DNA of 17,845 nt from Candidatus Melainabacteria bacterium (GTDB taxonomy: Bacteria; Cyanobacteriota; Vampirovibrionia; Caenarcaniphilales; Caenarcanaceae). Where the stretch lies: assembly GCA_005110395.1 (NCBI GenBank), contig DUDU01000099.1, positions 1-17,845 on the forward strand, written 5' to 3'. This document shows positions 7,717 to 16,805 of the stretch, piece after piece (position 1 is the stretch's first letter; each line of letters opens with the position of its first letter). The notes under the pieces were generated by a model. That model was not told the origin of the DNA. It ran no database searches and saw only the letters and a list, made by a program, of their open reading frames with translations. The position numbers and the translations under genes are program-made.

Positions 7717-8922
7717 ATGAATATTCAAAACAATTCTGAAGATGAATTTATAAATGAGAATCTCCATTCACCTTTAGAATCTGATTCACAAAACGATAGT
7801 GAAAGTCTCAAAGATGACATCTTCCTTTCATCAATTCAAGATGTCTCCAAAAAACTTTCTATTCCCGAAAACACTATTCGCAAATATCTTACTTATTTTG
7901 AATTACCTGTCGAAAAGGTTGGTCGCAAAACATGCTTAACCGACGAATCAATTCAATGCTTATCTGAAATACTTCAATTTAAATCTAATGGACTTTCATT
8001 GAAGCAAATTAAAGCTTTAAGAGATGGTTCTAATGAAGGCGATTTGTTTCAAGATAATTCTCCAATCATTTCTCAGCAAAATATAAATCAGGATATAAGT
8101 CACTCCGCCGGCAAGGAATTTGAACAAATAGAGGAGTCATTGCACATTCATGAACTTGCAAAGGATCAGTCAAACCAAGACGTTGAATTAAAGAACTTAA
8201 GTTCTATTGAAGAGAATTTATCTTCAACTTCAAGTCAATCAAACGAACCTCAATTTACTAATGAAGGAGTTAGCAATGATGCAATCGAGCTTGGAGATTC
8301 TTCTGGAAATGGGCTCGAAACATTGCATCAGCAAGTAAGTGATTTAGAGCTTGATGGAGAGAACTTGGGAAATGAATATATAGAAAAAGAATTTGCAGAA
8401 AAGGAATTTCCAGGAAAAATTTATTCAGAACAAGATTATTCAGAAGAAATAAATCCAGAATTTTCAAATCAAATAATTAATTCAAGTGAAGGTGAAAATA
8501 AAAATCCATTTGAGAGTAATGAACCAGACTCATTCCAACAAGAATCTCAACTTCAAGAACCATTTCACCAAGACTCGCATAATCGTGGCCCAAGAAGAAA
8601 TAATCCCAAACAAAATACACAAAGGAGTGCTGATTACCGAGAGCCATTAAGCAAAGACCTAGTCAATCGTGAAATTGCAACTCAGTCAAAGAGAGCTTCA
8701 AGACTTTATAGATTTTTGAGTAGTCGTATTTCTAGAAGAGATGCCGCTGAAATACAAGCTGATTTGAATAGAAGAGTTGAATTTATTAATGGCTTAAGAT
8801 ATTTGCGTGATAATTGGTTGACTCGACGTTCTGGAGAAGAAACTCATCAGCAAAACAGAAATGATAATCGTTATGAAAATGATTTTAAATCTGACAGACA
8901 ATCTTTAGTTGAAATGAATTAA
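7717..8922 (+). CDS. MerR-type HTH protein with an acidic N-terminus, a ~250-aa acidic low-complexity middle and a basic Arg-rich C-terminus; function unknown
   Basis: Residues ~40-105 'IQDVSKKLSIPENTIRKYLTYFELPVEKVGRKTCLTDESIQCLSEILQFKSNGLSLKQIKAL' fit the MerR HTH. There is no recognisable MerR effector or coiled-coil domain. Instead there is a D/E/S/N/Q-rich region followed by 'RGPRRNNPKQ ... RLYRFLSSRISRRDAAEIQADLNRRVEF'. Confidence 0.5.
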   Translation: MNIQNNSEDEFINENLHSPLESDSQNDSESLKDDIFLSSIQDVSKKLSIPENTIRKYLTYFELPVEKVGRKTCLTDESIQCLSEILQFKSNGLSLKQIKALRDGSNEGDLFQDNSPIISQQNINQDISHSAGKEFEQIEESLHIHELAKDQSNQDVELKNLSSIEENLSSTSSQSNEPQFTNEGVSNDAIELGDSSGNGLETLHQQVSDLELDGENLGNEYIEKEFAEKEFPGKIYSEQDYSEEINPEFSNQIINSSEGENKNPFESNEPDSFQQESQLQEPFHQDSHNRGPRRNNPKQNTQRSADYREPLSKDLVNREIATQSKRASRLYRFLSSRISRRDAAEIQADLNRRVEFINGLRYLRDNWLTRRSGEETHQQNRNDNRYENDFKSDRQSLVEMN

Positions 8923-8962
8923 TTGGGACTTTAAAAGACGAAAAACTATTTCTCAGAATTTA

Positions 8963-9751
8963 ATGCTCAGGGGTTTAATGCTCAAGAATTTAATAATCAT
9001 AAATTCAATTCATTCAACCAATGATGCAATTAATGCTTATGAAACAGGCACAATTTTAATTGCTAAGCATCAAGAAAAAGGAAGAGGTCGACACGGTAAG
9101 TTTTGGCTTTCGCCGATTGGAGGTCTTTATTTCTCTTACAAAATCCTTGTGCCGCAGACTTGTTCCAGAGGATTTATTCCAATTGCTGCTGGTATTGCTT
9201 GCCATAGGGCTTTCAGGGAATTAACTGGACAAGAATTATTCTTGAAATGGCCAAATGATATTTTGAATTCACAAGAAAAAAAACTTGCTGGAATATTAGT
9301 TGAATCCAAAAAATGTGCCCATAAAAGAAGTATTGGGAAAGGAAGTGTTGGAAAAGAAATTTGCATAATCGGAATTGGCATTAATCTTCAATCAACAGAG
9401 GATTTTGGTTTTCTTGAGTTAGATTCTAAATTAAGCTTGAACCCCTCATTGATTGCCTTGCACATTGCAAATCAAATAGATCAAATCTTTCACCCTAAAA
9501 CTTTCGATGCTAGTTCTGAAAATCTAAATTATTGGCAACAACATTCAATTTTTCAATCAGGTGAATTGATGCAGGTCTATACAAATCAAGCTCATGCAAG
9601 CCAAGGAGAAAACCTTAGAGTTGGACGAGTTGATCGTTTAGATAAAAATGGCGTTCTCTATTTAGCTGATTTAAAGACTAAAGAATTAATTCCTTTGAGC
9701 TCAGAACAAGCAAGCAATTTGCGAAAGGTCCCAACAGAAGACATTGCTTAG
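8963..9751 (+). CDS. birA: Biotin--[acetyl-CoA-carboxylase] ligase (BirA, catalytic BPL domain only, no N-terminal HTH)
   Basis: 'ILIAKHQEKGRGRHGKFWLSPIGGLYFS' is the BPL biotin-binding GRGRxGrxW motif. A C-terminal SH3-like tail follows. The true start may be the second Met. Confidence 0.8.
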   Translation: MLRGLMLKNLIIINSIHSTNDAINAYETGTILIAKHQEKGRGRHGKFWLSPIGGLYFSYKILVPQTCSRGFIPIAAGIACHRAFRELTGQELFLKWPNDILNSQEKKLAGILVESKKCAHKRSIGKGSVGKEICIIGIGINLQSTEDFGFLELDSKLSLNPSLIALHIANQIDQIFHPKTFDASSENLNYWQQHSIFQSGELMQVYTNQAHASQGENLRVGRVDRLDKNGVLYLADLKTKELIPLSSEQASNLRKVPTEDIA

Positions 9752-10028
9752 AATAAGTAAAAATCAGCCAATTGTGAATTTGTACAAAATGCAATTGCAA
9801 AATTTTAAGTCAAAACTCAAAAAGTATATGGACGACTTTTGAATTGTGCTAAACTGCTTAGCTACAAAATTTTCTTAGAAAAATAAAAATTAGTAATTAA
9901 TCTAAAAATCTAAGAAGAAATCTGAGACAAACTATAAGAGCTAATTAATTGATAATTAGAATTGATTATAGTCTCACCAGAAGCTCAGTTTAAACAAATA
10001 AGTTTAGCCAAATTAGAATAAACATAAA

Positions 10029-10415
10029 ATGCGCCATCCATTAATAATCGAAGTAGAAAAGTCATTTTTAAAGCAAGATTTGCCCGATGTAAGGGTCGGT
10101 GATTCAGTAAGCGTTGCCGTAAAAATTATTGAAGGAACTAAGCAGCGTATTCAGAAATTTGATGGAATGGTTTTAGCCATCAATGGAACTGGAACAGGAA
10201 AAACTATCACCGTAAGAAAAATCTCTTCTGGCGTCGGAGTCGAAAGAGTCTTCTTAATTCATAGCCCGCTTATTGAAGCCATTAAGATTCTCTCAACTGG
10301 TAAAGCTCTCATTCGCCGTTCCAAGCTTTATTACATGAGAGAGCGTCAAGGTAAGAATGCCAGAATCAAATATAAAGTAACTTCTCATAAACCTGTAAAA
10401 TCATCAGCAAGCTAG
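10029..10415 (+). CDS. rplS: 50S ribosomal protein L19
   Basis: 'PDVRVGDSVSVAVKIIEGTKQRIQKFDGMVLAINGTG ... TVRKISSGVGVERVFLIHSPLIEAI ... RRSKLYYMRERQGKNARIK' shows typical L19 conservation. Confidence 0.9.
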   Translation: MRHPLIIEVEKSFLKQDLPDVRVGDSVSVAVKIIEGTKQRIQKFDGMVLAINGTGTGKTITVRKISSGVGVERVFLIHSPLIEAIKILSTGKALIRRSKLYYMRERQGKNARIKYKVTSHKPVKSSAS

Positions 10416-10525
10416 GTATAAGATTCACAATAGCTTTCGATTAGACCAAATGTTTCTGTTGATTTTGTTAGCAGTAATGCTTGTTGTATAGGAAATTTTC
10501 AAGAGTTGATAGTGGATATTAGGTT

Positions 10526-11536
10526 TTGGGATTTAAATTTGCCAAGCATTTTAAGAGACAATTGAATAGAAGAAATTCAGTTTCTGTTAATTTTCCTGAA
10601 ACTTTGAGTTTTGATTTATCTCAAAATGATTTATCCCAATTGAATAATCAGCAAATCAAAAAAGCATCTGGGTCAAAAAGAGCTTTTAATTATGGGTGGA
10701 AAGCTGTGATTAGCTTATTCACCTTTTTGTTTTTGAGTGTCTTGATTTGCATTGGCTCAGTATTTGTTTATGTCTTTCTGATGTTCGGTCATTGGGAAAT
10801 CAATCCAATGGAAATTGCTGCTCTTTTGGACTCTCCATCCACTTTAGCTTTTCAGAACTTGATGACAAATATGGCTTTTTTGCTTGCTATTTTCTCAGTC
10901 ATCTATCGATACAATCTTCCAATGAGAGAGTCTTTTGGCTTAATTAATACGAAATTACTTAATTGGATTCTGGGACCAATCGTAATTCTCAGCAGCAGCA
11001 TATTAATTGATCAGTTATTGTTTTGGATTTTTGAGGGGCCTTTATCCAGTATCCCAATTGCAAATCTGGCTGGCAATTTGAACTTAGCGGCTATTCTTTC
11101 CAATTTGGGCGAATTGAATGTCTTTTCTTTTAATCTTCTTCTATGTTTAACTCTTTTTGTGGCTCCAATTTTAGAAGAACTGTTTTTTAGAGGCTTTTTA
11201 TGGAATTCATTTAGATCGAAATATTCTTATGGTTTATGTCTATTTATTACTTCATCGCTCTTTGGGGTTATTCACTTCGATTTAATACAAGGAATTAATG
11301 CTTTCTTTATTGGACTTGTTTATGGATTTTTAGTTGATAAAACAAAATCAATTTGGCCATGCATTCTTGCACATATTGTTAGCAGTTGTTTTACTTTTTT
11401 CCTGAACGAAAAGGGGCTTTCATATGGCATTGGTGGAAATTCATATCCAAATTGGCTTCTATTAATTTCTTTATCAACCATAATTTTGTATGCCTTGTAT
11501 TTATTCTTAGAGCAGAGAAAAGCTACCGTCAAATAG
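10526..11536 (+). CDS. CPBP-family (CAAX protease / Abi-type) intramembrane metalloprotease
   Basis: Multi-TM protein with the three CPBP motifs: EELFFRGFL (EExxxR), FGVIHF (FxxxH) and AHIVSSCF (HxxxB). Confidence 0.75.
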   Translation: MGFKFAKHFKRQLNRRNSVSVNFPETLSFDLSQNDLSQLNNQQIKKASGSKRAFNYGWKAVISLFTFLFLSVLICIGSVFVYVFLMFGHWEINPMEIAALLDSPSTLAFQNLMTNMAFLLAIFSVIYRYNLPMRESFGLINTKLLNWILGPIVILSSSILIDQLLFWIFEGPLSSIPIANLAGNLNLAAILSNLGELNVFSFNLLLCLTLFVAPILEELFFRGFLWNSFRSKYSYGLCLFITSSLFGVIHFDLIQGINAFFIGLVYGFLVDKTKSIWPCILAHIVSSCFTFFLNEKGLSYGIGGNSYPNWLLLISLSTIILYALYLFLEQRKATVK

Positions 11537-11647
11537 CTCAAGTGCAAATTATTAAGATTTTCAAGTTTATTTTGTAAAGATAAGCCTTTGGCCGCTGTAT
11601 TATTTATTTACTCACAAAATCCATAATACTCAAATATTTCACATCAA

Positions 11648-12724
11648 ATGTCTTCTATTAATTTGGAATTAGCAACAAAGGCTTTATCAACTGTTCAAGA
11701 TCCTGATTTACACAAAGATTTAATTACTTTGAATATGGCAAGAAATATTGAAGTTTTGCTAGGCGATAAAGTGAAATTCAATTTGGTGCTTACCACCCCA
11801 GCATGCCCGCTGAAAGCAAAAATTGAAGAAGATTGTAGACAAGCATTAACGGAAGCTGGAGCAAAAGAAGTTGAAATAATTACTACCGCAGAAGTCAGGG
11901 GATTCAAAGGCTTTAATGCAAAGCAGCCAGTTGAGGGCGTGAGAAATATTATTGCGGTCAGTTCAGGTAAAGGTGGCGTTGGTAAAACAACCGTTAGTGT
12001 AAACCTAGCAATTGCCCTATCCAAGATGGGAGCCAAAGTTGGGGTTTTAGATGCAGATATTACAGGGCCAAATATTCCACTCATGCTAGGCATTAAAGAT
12101 CAACCTGGCTTAACTGAAGATGGAAAAATGATGTTGCCGCTTGAAGCTCATGGAATAAAGGCAATTTCAATGGGAATGTTGATTAAGGAAGATGAGCCTG
12201 TGGTCTGGCGCGGCCCAATGTTGCATAGCGCAATTAATCAATTCCTCCGGGAAGTGGCTTGGAGAGATTTAGATTATTTGATTATTGATTTACCACCTGG
12301 TACAAGTGATGCTCAATTAACCATTTGTCAGGCGGTTCCAGTGGCTGGAGCTGTGATAGTATCCACCCCGCAAGATGTGGCTTTGATGGATAGCAAAAAA
12401 GGAATGATGATGTTCAATCAATTGAAAATTTCTATTCTTGGTTTAATTGAGAATATGAGTTATTTCACTCCGCCAGGCAGCACTGAGAAATTTGAAATAT
12501 TTGGGCATGGAGGCGCAAAAGCCACCGCTGAAAAGTTAGGCATTGAATGTTTAGGTCAAATCCCAATTCAGATTGCGCTCAGAGAAGGCGGAGATAAAGG
12601 TGTGCCGCTTACAGTTTCTGATTCGGAAGGCGAAGTTGCAAAAGTTTTTACGGATATAGCTGGGAAAATAGCTGCGAAACTCAGCATTCAGGCTTTGGAG
12701 TGTGAGACTGTTGGGATTGTTTGA
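11648..12724 (+). CDS. apbC: Fe-S cluster carrier ATPase Mrp/ApbC (NBP35 family) with an N-terminal DUF59/MIP18 domain
   Basis: N-terminal 'VQDPDLHKDLITLNMARNIEV ... LTTPACPLK' (DUF59). P-loop 'AVSSGKGGVGKTTVSVNLA' and the ParA/MinD-type fold. Resembles the cyanobacterial Mrp architecture. Confidence 0.9.
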   Translation: MSSINLELATKALSTVQDPDLHKDLITLNMARNIEVLLGDKVKFNLVLTTPACPLKAKIEEDCRQALTEAGAKEVEIITTAEVRGFKGFNAKQPVEGVRNIIAVSSGKGGVGKTTVSVNLAIALSKMGAKVGVLDADITGPNIPLMLGIKDQPGLTEDGKMMLPLEAHGIKAISMGMLIKEDEPVVWRGPMLHSAINQFLREVAWRDLDYLIIDLPPGTSDAQLTICQAVPVAGAVIVSTPQDVALMDSKKGMMMFNQLKISILGLIENMSYFTPPGSTEKFEIFGHGGAKATAEKLGIECLGQIPIQIALREGGDKGVPLTVSDSEGEVAKVFTDIAGKIAAKLSIQALECETVGIV

Positions 12725-13065
12725 GATAACAGTTCGAAATGAAAAAAAATTAATTAAGAGCTGAAAGAGAACTCTCTTGAACTCCTAACTTCTTTCGTTC
12801 AAAGATTGCAAGTTGAACGTGCATAAGAAAGAATTAGATAAAAGGCATTTTCTCGCACTAGTGTCCAGCAAAAAGATCCAGTTTTAGATAGGGAGTATCG
12901 AGATCAGCAGTTTCAGTTTTGTAATCAAAATTAAAGAATAGACTCTGTAAAGGGATTTATTCGAAAGCACATTGCTCAAAAGGCTACTCTTCGTGATGCA
13001 TCCTCTTCTTGAAAATTACAATTGATCTGACTGCTCGAAAAATCTCTTTATATGGAGATCCTGCT

Positions 13066-13815
13066 TTATCTTTTTTGAAAATCTAGCTCGCCAATGGATG
13101 GGTCAATTATGCGTTTATAAATTGAAATCAGGCTTAAGATAAAAAGTCCCAAAAATGCCAGCATGATGATCCATGTCCAGAATCCGAGTGAACTGGGATT
13201 AAAGAAAATAGGGTATATTGCGGGTGAACAGTGTAAAACACCTAAGAGCTGCAGGCTGAATCTTTCTATCCAAGTGAAACCGATTTTCTTTAAAATCCAT
13301 AGAATATAGCAGCCTAGTAATCCACAGCAAGGGAAGATGAGAAATACCATCAGAAAGGCTACCCTAGCTGCTGGAAGACTTCTATCAAAAACGCTCTCAC
13401 TAGGATTATTAGGATTAACATAAACTGTGATATTCCTCTGTTCAAGTTCTCTTATTTGCCTTCTGTGTCTCTCATGACTAAAACTATCTGAACCTGCGTA
13501 ACCGAACTCAACCCTGTTACCCAAATAATCCCTGCTCTTATACGTATATGAATAACGGCACTTAACGGCACTCATTAAAACACCATCAGGGCCGCTTTCA
13601 CTCCATCTTGTTTCTCTTTTATAATCCTGAACTTTTGCAGGCACTTTTTCCCAACTTCTCGCTTGGTAATGGATTGTAAGAATGTCACTAAGCCACCAAG
13701 TACATAAGCATGAAGCAATAGAGAAAACAATTGTAAAAAGTGCAGTCACCACTGATTTGAAAATCGAAGTCATAAAAAAAATTTTCAATGAAAAAATATT
13801 AGAGGGATATTGCAT
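13066..13815 (-). CDS. DUF3592-family membrane protein (TM, beta-rich domain, C-terminal TMs)
   Basis: An N-terminal TM, then 'WEKVPAKVQDY ... CRYSYTYKSRDYLGNRVEFGY ... ITVYVNPNNPSESVF' matches the DUF3592 pattern (W.pt.G.V ... Y.Y.v.g..y ... v.V.YdP.nP..s.l), followed by two or three C-terminal TM helices. Confidence 0.6.
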   Translation of the reverse strand: MQYPSNIFSLKIFFMTSIFKSVVTALFTIVFSIASCLCTWWLSDILTIHYQARSWEKVPAKVQDYKRETRWSESGPDGVLMSAVKCRYSYTYKSRDYLGNRVEFGYAGSDSFSHERHRRQIRELEQRNITVYVNPNNPSESVFDRSLPAARVAFLMVFLIFPCCGLLGCYILWILKKIGFTWIERFSLQLLGVLHCSPAIYPIFFNPSSLGFWTWIIMLAFLGLFILSLISIYKRIIDPSIGELDFQKR

Positions 13816-14137
13816 GATTACCCGTTTGAGAAATTAAAGTAACTAAGGAGGCTTACTCAATAATTGACGACTAAGTAAGCCAGAGTATTTAATGAAAGTG
13901 GGAAATTCTGCGACAAGCTTGGGAGCGAGGTCAAGTGAATAAATAGAAATTCTTCAATTGCCAGAAACTGTTAATCCTTTTTAGTGATGGCTTGTAAAGG
14001 GGCCATCTGGTTTTCCGTCTATAAACTGGCGAATATATTCATTTTGATCAGTATCCAATTGACTGGCAGTTTATTCATAGAAGAACTAGGTAAGGGCTGG
14101 AGAGACTGGTAGTGGATCATAGAGAGAGCAACATGGC

Positions 14138-14317
14138 ATGAAAACAGAATTGCAACATGGTTGGTTCGTCGGCTATATCGAGAGAGGTGACCGAGCAATT
14201 ACATTCGCATATCACATTGCGGATGATGGAAAATACGATACTTTCGTGGGACCTAGAGCGAAAGAGGAGACTTGGGTCAAGTTGCGCTTTCTAATCATGG
14301 GTGACTTGGATCAGTGA
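14138..14317 (+). pseudogene. C-terminal fragment of a class-D beta-lactamase / BlaR1-sensor-type penicillin-binding domain
   Basis: 'KTELQHGWFVGYIERGDRAITFAYHIADDGK' matches the KTG-x-GWFVGYV ... YFA.H..DGK end of BlaR1/OXA domains. The KTG motif is degraded to KTE and a stop lies immediately upstream. Possible further out-of-frame pieces upstream (ELGKGW) were not confirmed. Only ~60 of ~250 domain residues remain. Confidence 0.5.
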
Positions 14318-14332
14318 TTGGGTCAGTAACTC

Positions 14333-16408
14333 TTAAGTATTCTCTTCTCTCTTGCCATCCAAGCTATCCATTACCTGTTTGCGTATTTTGTTTTTTAATT
14401 CCGGATCTATCGCTGATGGTGAGCCTACATTCCCCGCCTCGGGCAACATATCATTGAGCTTTTCGGAGAGGAGGACGCCGATGAGGCTTTCAAACATATT
14501 GCCATTGCCGCCCGAGCCACCGCCACCGAGTAGTATTTTGGGGACAATGTCGATTTTGGCGGTTTCGATTGCGTCGGCGAATCTCTGAGTCGCCTGCTGC
14601 ATCAATTGGAATTGAGGACCACCGTAAGCGCGTACCTGCTCTTCAATGGCGATAGCCTCAGCTATACCCACCTTCGCGGCTCTCTCGGCCTCGGCACCTG
14701 CGAGTAATATGACCTTTTGCGATTCCCCTTCGGCGAGCAGTTTGATTTTGGCGGCTTCCGCTTGGGCGAGTATTCGGATTTGTGAGGCTTGTTGCTCTGC
14801 TCGCGCAAAGTCAGCTTTACCTTGATTGCTCTGAATGGTAATGCTCACTTCTGACTCCGTGAGGATGGATTGTTGTTTGGCGCGCGCTTCGGCTTCTTTG
14901 AGTTCGCGCTCTTTGACGGCGGCTTTTTCTTGTTTGTTGTATGTTTCTATTTGTTCTTCTGCGATTTGGCGAGAGCGGAGCTGCGTGAGTATCCGCTCAA
15001 CCTGGTCTCCGCTTGCTGAGGCGGGTGTGCCAATGAGCACTTCTTCGAGTTCAAGATTGTAATGCTGAAACTTCTCCCGCATCTCCAGCAATGCCTGTTG
15101 TTGTACCTTGCCTCTTTCTTGGAGGAGTTGAATGAGGGTGAGTGTTTGTCCAATATTCTTGAAATAGGCGGCGACCATGGGATCGAGAGTCTGCTCGACC
15201 AATCTACGAATATCGCCGAAGCGTTGGATGACAAGAGGTGCTTTGCGGTAATCGATGTGAATCACTACCGACAGAGGCAGAGTCAATTCAAAGGCATCTT
15301 TGGTGATCATGCTGATTTCGCAGAGATTCTCGTCAAGCTTGTGCGAACCGGCTTCGGTGGAAATCCATTTGAGGACTATATTGGTCGTGGGGACTTGAAT
15401 GACTTTACCCGCATATGTATTGAAGGCGTATTTGCCCGGTAAAAGCCCCGTGCTCCAGACGCCGCGTTGTCCCTTGCTGACGAGCTCGCCGTGCTTGTAT
15501 TCGCTGCCACTGAGATCTATGCCGATTTCACCGGTAAATGAGTTGACAACACCGACTGCGCCGACTTCGACATGAGTCTTGCTGATCATTTCGACGGTAG
15601 CAAAGAGTCTGTTTATATAATAAGTCCCTTCGACGAGTACCTGAAGCTGTCTACCGCGTTTGCCACCAGCTTTGAGGAATTTATCGGGATCCTGAAAGCT
15701 ATTGTGAAAGGTCTCAATATTGGCAGGATCATCACCGATAGCGTGAGCGATGATCTCCTCATTTGATAGAGCCGGACCGTCTTGGACGGTGATAACGCCG
15801 ATGAGATCGTTGGAATCTTGTATGAAAAGAGGCGTGAATCCATCGCGCTCCTGTATGATGCTCGCCATGCGAGTGAAGATCTCCGAGTCTTGCACGTCCA
15901 TGGAGAGATAATAGATGCGGTTTTCGGTGATCACTACAAATTGCGCAAGATTGATGGCATAAGTACCTTCTCTCAGAATCATGCGCTGAGGCCCCTTCTG
16001 TCCGCGATGGCTAAGGAAATCAATCACATCTTCAAAATTATTGGCTCTTTCATTGCTGGCGAGTGCTTGAGTTGGTTGGAGCGGTTGACCATCTCGCGCG
16101 AATATATAGCCGATTTTGCCCTGTGGTATCGTAACCAGTGGCATGGTGTGGACGGCGTACTGGAATGGGACTAGTATGTGCCAGCCGCCTCGCAAGATAT
16201 GGGGTTGAAAGCCGGCTTCGCCGTTTAGGGCGATGAAACCAGTTTCCACAGATCCTTTGGCACTGAATAGCTTTTCGAGAATACCTATCTTGTTATTGGG
16301 GATGAACCGTATAGATGCCCTGAGCAATATCCCGATTACTGTAATGACTAGTATTACCCAAAAGTTCATATTCTTATTTCCTCGCAAGAAGTTTAGGCTT
16401 GAGATCAT
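14333..16408 (-). CDS. Flotillin-family SPFH/band-7 membrane protein (FloT/YqiK-like), 691 aa
   Basis: N-terminal TM (FWVILVITVIGILL), an SPFH domain, then a long Ala/Glu-rich flotillin coiled-coil region (AEAAKIKLLAEGESQKVILLAGAEAERAAKVGIAEAIAIEEQV) and a Gly-rich tail. GC content and codon usage differ markedly from the rest of the window. Confidence 0.8.
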   Translation of the reverse strand: MISSLNFLRGNKNMNFWVILVITVIGILLRASIRFIPNNKIGILEKLFSAKGSVETGFIALNGEAGFQPHILRGGWHILVPFQYAVHTMPLVTIPQGKIGYIFARDGQPLQPTQALASNERANNFEDVIDFLSHRGQKGPQRMILREGTYAINLAQFVVITENRIYYLSMDVQDSEIFTRMASIIQERDGFTPLFIQDSNDLIGVITVQDGPALSNEEIIAHAIGDDPANIETFHNSFQDPDKFLKAGGKRGRQLQVLVEGTYYINRLFATVEMISKTHVEVGAVGVVNSFTGEIGIDLSGSEYKHGELVSKGQRGVWSTGLLPGKYAFNTYAGKVIQVPTTNIVLKWISTEAGSHKLDENLCEISMITKDAFELTLPLSVVIHIDYRKAPLVIQRFGDIRRLVEQTLDPMVAAYFKNIGQTLTLIQLLQERGKVQQQALLEMREKFQHYNLELEEVLIGTPASASGDQVERILTQLRSRQIAEEQIETYNKQEKAAVKERELKEAEARAKQQSILTESEVSITIQSNQGKADFARAEQQASQIRILAQAEAAKIKLLAEGESQKVILLAGAEAERAAKVGIAEAIAIEEQVRAYGGPQFQLMQQATQRFADAIETAKIDIVPKILLGGGGSGGNGNMFESLIGVLLSEKLNDMLPEAGNVGSPSAIDPELKNKIRKQVMDSLDGKREENT

Positions 16409-16511
16409 CTTAGCCCAGTTTCGGGATTGCTTTATCTCGATCTCAGGGCGATTGTTGCCTTGGTAGGTAGGGTGAGGGAGATAAGAGGTTAATTGTGTCT
16501 TGTAATCTGCT

Positions 16512-16805
16512 TTACAGCTTCTTAAGCATATTGACGATCTTTTCGTTTAAGCTCTTGATTTCATCTTTGGTGAAAGACTCGAACAATTGATTCATGCTCA
16601 TACTGCAGTGTGGAGACAATTCTTCCGTCAAGTCAAAGCCTTTGGGGGTTGTTTTGATGATTTTGGGGCGCCTGTCATTGGGGTTGGAGACTCTTTCTAA
16701 GAGACCCTTTTGCTCTAGAGTGTCGATGAGTGAAGTGACGCTGGCCTTGCTGATGAGCATTAGATCGGCTACTTCATTCATGGGATAGCTTTCTGTATCT
16801 ACCAA
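16512..16805 (-). pseudogene. MarR-family winged-HTH regulator, 5'-disrupted (annotated ORF starts at TTG and lacks the N-terminal dimerisation helix)
   Basis: 'NEVADLMLISKASVTSLIDTLEQKGLLERVSNPNDRRPKIIKTTPKG' is the MarR wHTH plus wing. The in-frame upstream extension (FKATTNSSLYVSAINVLLIL) is MarR-like but runs into TAG at 16920-16922 with no start codon. A separate short frame, MKYSNRTIVTILQGYTVLLKTKEKWF, begins at 16999-17001 and is consistent with a frameshifted N-terminus. Confidence 0.5.

Noticed and set aside
8958-8985. 11-bp direct repeat TTTAATGCTCA occurring twice across the birA start
   Set aside because: Short and could be a duplication of the start region or chance. There is no basis to assign a function.
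8270-9381. Antisense ORFs 8270-8467 (-) and 9136-9381 (-) inside the MerR-like and birA genes
   Set aside because: Antisense to supported CDSs with hydrophobic low-complexity translations typical of AT-rich antisense frames.
10747-12093. ORFs 10747-10947 (+), 11320-11547 (-), 11386-11577 (+) and 11695-12093 (-) overlapping the CPBP and mrp genes
   Set aside because: They overlap strongly supported CDSs (CPBP motifs, Mrp P-loop) and have no recognisable domains.
14352-16466. Several 60-130-aa ORFs on the plus strand antisense to the flotillin gene
   Set aside because: GC-rich regions generate long antisense ORFs by chance. The translations are Ser/Arg/Leu-rich with no motifs, and the sense-strand flotillin call is strong.
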